From Eledone cirrhosa (taxonomy: Eukaryota): a stretch of 64,000 nt of DNA. Where the stretch lies: assembly GCA_964016885.1 (NCBI GenBank), contig OZ024743.1, positions 223,200,001-223,264,000 on the forward strand. Direction: 5' to 3'. The translations under genes and the position numbers were made by a program. The notes under the pieces were generated by a model. That model saw only the letters and a program-made list of their open reading frames with translations, had not been told where the DNA came from and ran no database searches. The stretch's first letter is position 1. Every line of letters begins with the position of its first letter. Shown here one piece after another: positions 35,801 through 46,329 of this stretch.

Positions 35801-38800
35801 AACTTATTTTTTTTAGTTCTTTTATGGATTCAGCTATAAGGAAAGGACCAGATCATCTGCATAGAGAAGCTCCCGAGGACAACCAGTCTTAAAATCCTCT
35901 GTTATGGCCTCGAGAACTATGATGAACAGCAGTGGGTTGAGAACTGAATCTTGATGAACTCCTACATGTACCTTGAATTCTTCACTAAACTCACTTCCTA
36001 CTCTCACTTTACTGTCATCTGAAATATACTGGGAAAAAGCATTATTTAGTTTAGTTTTAATTGTCATCCTTTGCCGTTTATACATTTCTACTGCACTGTA
36101 CCAGCTTTTTGAAACTTATCAGTCATTTATTACATATCTCATAATGCTTCATATTAACTATACTAATATATATAGTATATATCAAACAAATTATCATGAC
36201 AGATTGAAGTTCTTGAATAATTTAATCTTTATAGTTGTTTTGACACAAAGTTTTTATGAAACACACAACTAGGTAAAATGTGATCCATAATAATATTAGT
36301 AATGACAACATAATAATGAGGAATATTTATACTTTATATATATTTGTATCTCAGCAGAAGATTAAGAATCGGTATAAAAAAATTAAGGGGATTAACGATC
36401 AAATTTACGTGATAAGAATGCAAAGTAAAAATTTTAAAAATTCATTAACTGAGAGCGACAGAAAAGATGAGGAATATAATAGAAAGGGAGGTAACTTACA
36501 TTGTCTGTCTTCAATTTAGACACCCAGGAAATATGTATTTTTTGCATGGCTTAGTGGTTAGAGCGCTCGCTTACAATCTTAAAGTTGTGAGTTCGACTCT
36601 CGGTCTGGGCTTTGTGTTGTGTTCTTGACCAAGACACTTTATTTCACGTTGCTCCAATTCACTCAGCTTTAGAGTTGCGACGTCACTGGTGCCAAGCTGC
36701 ATCGGCCTTTGACTTTCCAATCGACGACTTCAGTGGCGTGGAGAGAGGGAGGCTGGTATGCATGGGCGACTGCTGGTCTTCCTCAAACAACCTTGCCCGG
36801 ACTTGTGTCTCAGAGGTACAAATATCATGGTCATTCTTGACTGAAAATGCTCTTTTTTACATATATAAGCATACAACACATATAAGCAGAATTACACAGA
36901 TACTTCATCATCAACGTTTAACGTCCGTGTTCCACGCTTGCATGGGTTTGGACGGGGGTTTTCCCACTTGAGGCAAGAGTGATTTATCTTGCTCGCATAG
37001 GACTATCTGGCGGGTTTTCTACAGCTGGATGCCCTTCCTAACACCAACCACATTTACAGTGTGGGGCTGGGAGGTTTTTACCGTGTTGCCTACACGGGCA
37101 CATTGCAGCGTGGACTGTGTGGCAGGTTTTCTACAGCTGGATGCTCTTCCTAACACCAACCACATTTACAGTGTGGGGCTGGGAGGTTTTTACCGTGTTG
37201 CCTACACGGGCACATTACAGCGTGGACTGTCTGGCAGGTTTTCTACAGCTGGATGCCCTTCCTAACACCAACCACATTTACAGTGTGGGGCTGGGAGGTT
37301 TTTACCGTGTTGCCTACACGGGCACATTACAGCGTGGACTGTCTGGCAGGTTTTCTACAGCTGGATGCCCTTCCTAACACCAACCACATTTACAGTGTGG
37401 GGCTGGGAGGTTTTTACCGTGTTGCCTACACGGGCACATTACAGCGTGGACTGTGTGGCAGGTTTTCTACAGCTGGATGCCCTTCCTAACACCAACCACA
37501 TTTACAGTGTGGGGCTGGGAGGTTTTTACCGTGTTGCCTACACGGGCACATTACAGCGTGGACCGTCTGGCAGGTTTTCTACAGCTGGATGCCCTTCCTA
37601 ACACCAACCACATTTACAGTGTGGGGCTGGGAGGTTTTTACCGTGTTGCCTACACGGGCACATTACAGCGTGGACTGTGTGGCAGGTTTTCTACAGCTGG
37701 ATGCCCTTCCTAACACCAACCACATTTACAGTGTGGGGCTGGGAGGTTTTTACCGTGTTGCCTACACGGGCACATTACAGCGTGGACCGTCTGGCAGGTT
37801 TTCTACAGCTGGATGCCCTTCCTAACACCAACCACATTTACAGTGTGGGGCTGGGAGGTTTTTACCGTGTTGCCTACACGGGCACATTACAGCGTGGACT
37901 GTGTGGCAGGTTTTCTACAGCTGGATGCCCTTCCTAACACCAACCACATTTACAGTGTGGGGCTGGGAGGTTTTTACCGTGTTGCCTACACGGGCACATT
38001 ACAGCGTGGACTGTGTGGCAGGTTTTCTACAGCTGGATGCCCTTCCTAACACCAACCACATTTACAGTGTGGGGCTGGGAGGTTTTTACCGTGTTGCCTA
38101 CACGGGCACATTACAGCGTGGACCGTCTGGCAGGTTTTCTACAGCTGGATGCCCTTCCTAACACCAACCACATTTACAGTGTGGGGCTGGGAGGTTTTTA
38201 CCGTGTTGCCTACACGGGCACATTACAGCGTGGACTGTGTGGCAGGTTTTCTACAGCTGGATGCCCTTCCTAACACCAACCACATTTACAGTGTGGGGCT
38301 GGGAGGTTTTTACCGTGTTGCCTACACGAGCACATTACAGCGTGGACTGTCTGGCAGGTTTTCTACAGCTGGATGCCCTTCCTAACACCAACCACATTTA
38401 CAGTGTGGGGCTGGGAGGTTTTTACCGTGTTGCCTACACGGGCACATTACAGCGTGGACTGTGTGGCAGGTTTTCTACAGCTGGATGCCCTTCCTAACAC
38501 CAACCACATTTACAGTGTGGGGCTGGGAGGTTTTTACCGTGTTGCCTACACGGGCACATTACAGCGTGGACTGTCTGGCAGGTTTTCTACAGCTGGATGC
38601 CCTTCCTAACACCAACCACATTTACAGTGTGGGGCTGGGAGGTTTTTACCGTGTTGCCTACACGGGCACATTACAGCGTGGACTGTCTGGCAGGTTTTCT
38701 ACAGCTGGATGCTCTTCCTAACACCAACCACATTTACAGTGTGGGGCTGGGAGGTTTTTACCGTGTTGCCTACACGGGCACATTACAGCGTGGACTGTGT

Positions 38801-41720
38801 GGCAGGTTTTCTACAGCTGGATGCCCTTCCTAACACCAACCACATTTACAGTGTGGGGCTGGGAGGTTTTTACCGTGTTGCCTACACGGGCACATTACAG
38901 CGTGGACTGTGTGGCAGGTTTTCTACAGCTGGATGCCCTTCCTAACACCAACCACATTTACAGTGTGGGGCTGGGAGGTTTTTACCGTGTTGCCTACACG
39001 GGCACATTACAGCGTGGACTGTGTGGCAGGTTTTCTACAGCTGGATGCCCTTCCTAACACCAACCACATTTACAGTGTGGGGCTGGGAGGTTTTTACCGT
39101 GTTGCCTACACGGGCACATTACAGCGTGGACTGTGTGGCAGGTTTTCTACAGCTGGATGCCCTTCCTAACACCAACCACATTTACAGTGTGGGGCTGGGA
39201 GGTTTTTACCGTGTTGCCTACACGGGCACATTACAGCGTGGACTGTCTGGCAGGTTTTCTACAGCTGGATGCCCTTCCTAACACCAACCACATTTACAGT
39301 GTGAGGCTGGGAGGTTTTTACCGTGTTGCCTACACGACCACATTACAGCGTGGACCGTGTCTACACGATCTCATTTGTTTCGGCCTGGATGTTGTGGCAC
39401 CAACATAACTTTACATTGAAGGGGCGGTGTGGATGGGGTGGGGGGTGGTGGTGGGGGGGGGGGGGGGTGTATTTAGTTAGAGATGCCTACTGGCTGTAGT
39501 AGGTTTTACTTTGTATTTATATAACATATATATCTATATACTAGCAGTAAAGCCCGGCGTTGCTTGGGGTCGCTCAGTAGCTGTGTTAAAGTTACAATGT
39601 TAAGTTTCTTTTTTGGCTTAAAAACTGTAGTGTCTACTGTGCAGACTTGCATGTGGTGTTTTTGATTAATATTCCCTCAACCAACAATATGCCTTATGAA
39701 GTTAAGAAAACATAACGATAACCCGAATGTTATAACAAAAGAGGATGCTGGGGATAAAAACTGCACTGGTTATTTATTAACAAAGATCGAAAATGTAAAC
39801 ACTGCAACGCAGAGAAAAACATTAGCGTAACCAAATTATCAGTTATGTCTGTCTGCACGCCTATATCACCTCTCTGCACGACTGTCTGTCTGCACGCCTA
39901 TATCACCTCTCTGCACGACTGTCTGTCTGCACGCCTATATCACCTCTCTGCACGACTGTCTGTCTGCACGCCTATATCACCTCTCTGCACGACTGTCTGT
40001 CTGCACGCCTAACGAAATTTACAGATACATATATTTTAAATAAACTTATATAATTTTTGCTTTTTTTTACGAAATATTTGCTTGTTTTACGTAGTCTTTA
40101 AATAGACTTGTTTTCAAGTAAAAATATTGTTTTAAAAGGCTTTTAAATGGAAATGAAGCAAAACGGAAGCTTAGTGTTCGAACTGATGAATTTTGCAGGT
40201 CAAAATTTTGCTGGCTCGACAACTCTTCGTGTATTGTGTTAATGTCATTTTAAACGCTGAGAAAGCCAGCGTAATTTTTTTAATTTTTGCCAGCGTAATT
40301 TTTTTAATTTTTGCACGCAGAAAATGTAAACAGAACGTAAGACGCTACGCTGAATGTAAACAGAACAAAGGGAAATCATTCTTTTAATTTTTGCACGCAG
40401 AAAATGTAAAGAGAACGTAAGACGCTACACTGAATGTAAACAGAACAAAGGGAAATAACTGATCACTTACGCTCAAAAATCGATACATTATATTCGATTT
40501 CGTCAGATAGGGCGGGTCAATTTGAAATATTTTTTTTCCGATGTCTTCGCTAGGGCTCAATGTACAAGTATAGCAATTTCGGTGCAATTCCGTGAGAGAT
40601 TCTAAGAGGAGATGTGTGCCAAAAATCGATAGACAGACAGACAACCTCAGTTTTATATATATAGAAGATTATATAAACTGGCACATACATACAAATACAT
40701 GTACACACACATCTATATATATATATACTTCAAACCTACAAAAAGCACCCATCCCACACTGTAAAGTGGTAGTGTAGGCATCACAACAAAAAGCACCCAG
40801 TCCACACTGTAAAGTGGTAGTGTAGGCATCACGACAAAAAGCATCCAGCCCACACTGTAAAGTGGTAGTGTAGGCATCATGACAAAAAGCACCCTGCCCA
40901 CATTATAAAGTGGTAGTGTAGGCATCGCGACAAAAAGCACCCAGTACTTGCTGTAAATGAGGTTGGCGCTAAGAAGGGCATCCAGTTGTAGAAACCAAGC
41001 TAAAATCGGTACTGCATGAGCACCTGACCTGGCCTTGCTCACAACAGGATAACTCCTCTAACCCATACCAGCGTGAAAACATGGATGTTAAACGGTGATC
41101 ACGATTTTGGTAGAAGTTTTCAAGTTGGTGTTTTTAGTGTAGATAGACCGGTTTAGATTTTAGAAGTTAGGGTTACTAAACCCCATACAATCAGCTAAAT
41201 TAGATGACATAGAGAATGATATTTTAATTGTGTTTTTGTTAATCAAACTATGGTATCTATGCTCTGGTGGAAAATTTCTATCTAAGATGTTGAAAAATAA
41301 CTTAGGGATATTTGAGCCCAGATTTATTTCAATATATATATTAAGAAAAAGCACCATCAGTAATTCACTGAATCACATACACTATATTTGGTGCCACGAT
41401 AAAAAGCACCCAGCTCACACTGTAAAGTGGTCATGTTGGTATCATGACAAAAAGCATCCAGGCCACACTATAAAGTGATCGTTACGGTCCCATGATAAAA
41501 GGCACCCAGTTAACACTGTAAAGTGGTCATGTTGGTATCATGACAAAAAGCACCCAGCACACACTGTAAATGTGGTTAGCGTTGGGAAGGCATCCAGCTG
41601 TAAAAACCTCGGCAGAAAGTTCTATATGAGCAAGATATGGTCACCTGACCTGTCTTGCCTCAAATGGAACAACTCATCTAACCCATGCTAGTGTGGAAAA
41701 TAGACATTAAACGATGATGA

Positions 41721-41751
<31 letters not shown>

Positions 41752-42157
41752 CTTACAGCAATTGAATATTTGTATTTTGTTAATATAAACATGCATATTG
41801 ATATATTCTTTTACTTTGTAGATTTCCAACTATCTGCCCATTTATGGAATTGGATTATGTTGTTGATAAATCAATGCAGGCCATTCTCACTAACCAATAC
41901 ATCCTTTGTTTACCAAGACTTGTCTATTTTCAGGCAGTATTTAAAGCGTAAGTAATTCTATACATAAAACAAATAAGGTTGTGTAGAGTTGAAATTTTAA
42001 AACTTAATTTTTAACAAAAAAAAAAAAAAAATGTATTAATAAATTTTCTTTTTTCTTCTCTTACAGAATGTTACCAACGGAAGCCTGGATTGCTTCTTGT
42101 AGATTTTTTGGTACCATGACTTTTATGGATAGTTTTGTTGGTAACAAAAATGACTGA
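23557..42157 (+). CDS. Short-chain dehydrogenase/reductase, SDR16C family (RDH10 / SDR16C5 epidermal retinol dehydrogenase 2-like), 303 aa
   Basis: Exons 23557-23840, 31256-31421, 34754-34998, 41822-41947, 42067-42157 total 912 nt, all GT-AG; N-terminal hydrophobic anchor, [15 protein letters not shown], catalytic YCATK. Confidence 0.93.
24480..24690 (-). mobile_element. CRE-like 3' fragment
   Basis: gggtgatggcgaggctaag motif shared with 18640 and 27010. Confidence 0.5.
25353..25530. mobile_element. Mariner-type MITE
   Basis: GAGGGTCGGCTGAAAAGTT...AACTTTTCAGCCCACCCTCG|TA; second copy about 29060-29260. Confidence 0.7.
26965..28660 (-). mobile_element. CRE-like non-LTR retrotransposon, degenerate
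   Basis: [16 protein letters not shown] (RT), [51 protein letters not shown]. Confidence 0.87.
30430..30480 (-). ncRNA. Minimal type I hammerhead ribozyme-like motif
   Basis: AAUAGCUU CUGAUGA G AGUCC aacaa GGACU GAAA CUCGGAUC AUGCUAUU: core boxes, stem II and closing stem I. Confidence 0.55.
31256..31421 (+). CDS. SDR16C-like exon 2
   Basis: gaaag|...[29 protein letters not shown]...LAYFW|gtaagt. Confidence 0.92.
32227..32420. mobile_element. MITE with 6-bp target duplication, nested in another MITE
   Basis: TATATG|CAGACCTGTCAAC...GTTGGCAGGTCTG|TATATG. Confidence 0.75.
33030..33985 (-). mobile_element. CR1-type LINE 3' fragments
   Basis: ORF 33237-33950 [15 protein letters not shown]...; extra 3' UTR piece at 33030-33150. 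Confidence 0.87.
34754..34998 (+). CDS. SDR16C-like exon 3
   Basis: gacag|[22 protein letters not shown]...[12 protein letters not shown]...GCKL|gtaagg. Confidence 0.92.
35300..36030. mobile_element. Degenerate RTE fragments (plus strand 35300-35790, minus strand 35840-36030)
   Basis: [21 protein letters not shown]; decayed RTE C-terminal region. Confidence 0.7.
36545..36850 (+). mobile_element. tRNA-derived SINE
   Basis: A box TGGCTTAGTGG, B box GTTCGACTC, then cttgaccaagacactttatttcac core; relatives at 2830-3140, 17030-17200, 29880-30390. Confidence 0.75.
36905..39515 (-). mobile_element. RTE 3'-UTR-derived element containing a tandem amplification
   Basis: Flanks match 53527-53920 and the reverse complement of 51170-51547. 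Confidence 0.85.
37000..39358. repeat. 112-bp tandem repeat, about 21 near-identical copies
   Basis: Unit ggactgt(g/c)tggcaggttttctacagctggatgcccttcctaacaccaaccacatttacagtgtggggctgggagg...cattacagcgt recurs every 112 nt. Confidence 0.97.
39541..40668 (-). mobile_element. Non-autonomous Helitron
   Basis: Minus strand A|TC..TATATATATAAAA start, subterminal hairpin CCCaaGCaacGCcGGG, CTAG|T end; internal 37-bp minisatellite. Confidence 0.82.
40740..41725 (+). repeat. Two RTE-tail-related elements with internal ~46-bp tandem repeats, flanking a Penelope-like fragment (about 41100-41350)
   Basis: Repeats of aaaaagcacccagcccacactgtaaagtggt... at 40740-40960 and 41390-41575, then ggaagggcatccag and a TGA-type tail. 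Confidence 0.75.
41822..41947 (+). CDS. SDR16C-like exon 4
   Basis: tgtag|[41 protein letters not shown]|gtaagt. Confidence 0.9.
42067..42157 (+). CDS. SDR16C-like exon 5 (terminal)
   Basis: ttacag|[29 protein letters not shown]. Confidence 0.88.
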
Positions 42158-44819
42158 GTATTTAGGTTAAGTATTTATATATTAGCTTAACTTTGGAATG
42201 ATTTGAAGTCAGAACATAAAAATGACTGGCTATTAGGCTAGGTATTTATATATTAGCTCAAAAATCAAATTTGGAATGATCTGAAGTCAGAACTTGACTC
42301 AACAAAAAAAATTCTTACTTGTACTAACTACCTCTGACATCAAACATCAGCACTTGCTTCCTAAGGTCATATCTAACTACTTAAATCAATGTCTTCCTTT
42401 CAGTGACATAGCAAGGACACTTCTTAGCATCTGAGAGGGGGGTGGGGGTGTAAAGGGTATTATGACTAGGATTTTAAAAAAGCAGGCTTTTTGTTTTGTT
42501 TTATTTATGATATTGTATTTCTCAACTGATACAGTCTGCCCTGTTATATTTACTTTATGAGAAGATACATTATGTATTCTTGAATGATTAAATGAAGTAA
42601 GTTTAGGTTTTGTTTATATGACATGAGCTCACTATGAAATCATTATTTCCACTTTGAAGTGACATGTCCCACTTTTAATTGATATGCTCACATTGAAATC
42701 GCTATTCTCACTTTGATCTGACATGTGTTCACTTTGAAATCATTATATTCTCACCTTGAAGTGGTATGTGCTAACTTAGAATTACAAATAGTGTAGTTAA
42801 ACAGTCAACATTTCATCTCTTATCACCAGCATTACACATGATTCTTAACAAAAGTACTTTATTTTCATTAACTCAGTTTACATAAATGTACGTATTTACC
42901 ACAGAAAGACACAACTCACTGCTGTGAACTCTGTGAGCAACTGACCAATGTTTCATTAACTTGTAGTGCTGAATATAAATCTCTAACTGTGCTAATAGAA
43001 TGGAGATAGACATCACCAACATAAAATTACTATCAAAGAGACATGAAAAGCCAAATTCCAGCAACAGTTCCTCTCTTTTGGATTCAAAATAACAATCAAT
43101 CAATCAATTCGAACAACACAAACATTTATTTTAAAATCCGGATTTATTTTATATAAAACTTCATTGTAATTTGAAAAAACCCAAAAACAAAAAAAAAACA
43201 ACGAAAACAAAAATAATTTACTTATTTGAATATAAAATTTCGGAAAATTTTGTTAAATTAAATATTAACAGTACATGAAGAAAAATGAGATTATATATAT
43301 TTAAAAAATTACAAATATTGTTTTGTTGTGAAAATTAAAATCGTTTAATATTTAAAAAATAAATATACTATACATTAACATCCTGTAATGATTTAACAGA
43401 AAATATCAAAAATCAGATTTGTTAATTCAATTGTTAATAGTATCTTTATTGGTGGACAGGTCATTATGAAAACTTGAAGGAATATAAAGGAAATACTTCA
43501 ATTTTTAATGTGATGCTATCACAATGCTGTTTTATACTTTTCAAGAATATCTTGCTAATGTGGTTTGATGTGATACAGGATGTTAAACATAAACAAAACT
43601 AGTGCTGTATAAATCAATATAGATGTGAGGAATACTATGTGACTGATTTTTGGTGTATTTGATATGTATTGTTATAAAAGTTAGATTACGCCAACTTCAC
43701 AAAGCAGTTATGTAAAATAAAAGATAAAAGGCACGATGGTTGTGAGGGTATAATGCAAGATGACTGGAACACAAACCTTGTTAGAACATTTTTTTGGAAT
43801 CACAAGCAAAATATTTTATAATGTTGTTGATCTTAAATTTACGCTGGGTAGCACCATTTACTACATACACATCATAATCAACAGCAGATAGGAAAAGGAA
43901 GCAGTAAAAATACTCACAGTGAGTCTGGTTCTTTCAGTGGCTTAACATAACACAAAAAAAAAAGATAAATTCTGGCCTGATGAGACTTTAGGCTCAAGAA
44001 TGGCTTTAAACATGCTTCCCAGTTTAACACCACTGTGTAGTGTTTTAACAGAGATCAACCTGTCATTCCAGACTAGTGATTCCCTCCTCATCCAATGTTT
44101 TTTTAATTTTTATCAGGCATTGATCTGCAGCTAATCAGACTAGAGATCAGCTACATCAATCTCTCCAGACTTGAATGACAGCCAAGAGTCATGGGTACTG
44201 CTACATTTTCTCTGACTAACTTAAACAAATAAATAAATATGTATATGCATTTTTGTTTCTGTTTAGTCAGAGAGAGAAGGGAAGAGCACATGAAGCGTTT
44301 CAGGGCCTCCAAGACTAGTGGGAGGAAGGAGAGTGTCCCTAAATTGGAGACCTGGTCCAAATACTTGCAATACAGTGGAGTCCACTGAAGACACTCAACG
44401 ACCAGCTGGGGGTGTTAAACTGGGTGGCAGACTAAACCAAGTCTATTACCAACATATGTTGTAGCAAAATTTGAACTCAAAATGCCATAAGCTGGTTCAA
44501 ATACCTCAAAATATCTCATCCAAGCCTGTAATAATTATGCCAATCTACTTCCCTGGACTGATACTTTATTTTACCAATCCCAAAAGGATGAAAGGCAAAG
44601 TTACTCTCAGCAGATTTGAACTCAGAATACAGAGAGCCAGATAAAATACTCCAAGACATTCTAACAACACTGTAAATGATAATAAAACAGTTTCTATTTA
44701 AACTTAACATAGATAGTCACTATCCTACTCAGCTCCCGATTTAATTCTATGTATAAATATAAACTTAAAATCTGCTTTTCAGAATTTTTGGAACGATCCA
44801 GGGACATTGAGCTTTGTTT

Positions 44820-46294
44820 CTAAGAATCTGAGTCTGTTTGGTCAGCAGCTATTTTCCATGGTTGAGATGGAAAGAAACAATTAGCTGTGGAAGAAGAAAA
44901 AAATTAAGAACTCTTAATTAAAATAATAATAAATTTTTAAACAATGAAATATTTATGAAGCACAAAGAAATATATAAATTGATGGTTGGAATTGTTTTGG
45001 AAATGGCAGTAGAATGCAAGTTAGAAATAAGGAGTGAAAACATCAGTTTACACTTTTACCTTATATTTCATGATATTTCAAAGTAAAGATCCCCTTTTCA
45101 AACACTCCATTTACTTTCTTTTGAAAAAGTGGTCGTAACTTTGAAATATTAGGTAAAAGTTTTCTTTTTTTTTTTTTATTTTCCTCTTGTTTTCACACTT
45201 GCATTGTACTGGCTTTCCCAAAACAATTTTCTAATCACATATTCCACAATCCTATATAAATTATATGACCATCATTTGATGTTTATATTTCTTTGGCCAT
45301 AAGCTCCCATCCAATCCCTGTAGAGGGCTGGAGCATTTTTAGTGAAAAATCTTTCTCTAATGGATTTATCCGTTGATTAATTTTCTGTTTCATTTATTCT
45401 GTTTTACTTACTATTATATATTTAGTAGTCTTATTTTTATTGTGTGCTATCATTAAATTATTGAGTGTAGTTGTATGGCTTGGCTATGTGCAACTGTTAT
45501 GTTATTTTTGTTGCCATTGCTATTGTAGTGAAAGTACTCTACATAATATCTGTAGACTAGTAGTGCTATTTTCTGTATATTGTGTGTATACCTGTAAGTT
45601 TTGGTGATTTGGTCATATATTAGTCTGCATGATTTTTTTATCATCCCTAGAACACCTATTATTATAGGGATTGTTTCTGTTTTCAGCACCCAACCCCTAT
45701 ACACACATTTACAGCATGGACTATATATATATATGTATGTATAGTTGTGTGTACAAATGAAAGATAAGAGCAGCAATCAACACATCATGTGGAAGTTGAG
45801 TATTTATATTAACAGCTTGACTTAACTCTTGATTGTCAGCAATCTCTGGCCATGACTCACTGAATGAGGCAATAATGTTGCAGTTGTGAAACTGCACCTT
45901 GATGTTCAGAGTGCACATATAATAGTTAAATAGTTATATATATATATATATACATATATATATCCATACATATACCGTATTTCCCGGCACCAAAGATGCT
46001 TCGTTCTCGAGGACGCACCCTAATTTTGACAACCAAAAAATAATAAACACCCTTCGGCCTCCAGGATACATGGTATATTTTTGAGACTTATTTTAGGAAA
46101 AAAGTAGCATTTTTGACGCTGGGAAATACGGTATATATCATCATCATCATCATTATCATTTAACATCTATCTTCCACGCTAGCATGGGTTAGATGGGAAT
46201 TGTCCCACTCGAGGCAAGATTGGTCGGGTGATTGTGTCTCGCTCGTATAGGACTGTCTAGCAGGTTTTCTACAGCTGGATGCCCTTCCTAACAT

Positions 46295-46329
<35 letters not shown>

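Noticed and set aside
37000-39358. CRISPR-like array or repeated protein-coding ORFs
   Set aside because: Units are head-to-tail identical with no unique spacers; 112 is not a multiple of 3; the unit derives from an RTE 3' UTR
43975-44010. CTGATGA hammerhead candidate
   Set aside because: No properly placed GAAA box or closing stems
45721-45918. Possible extra exon of the minus-strand gene
   Set aside because: Weak acceptor, and the neighbouring exons already join in phase
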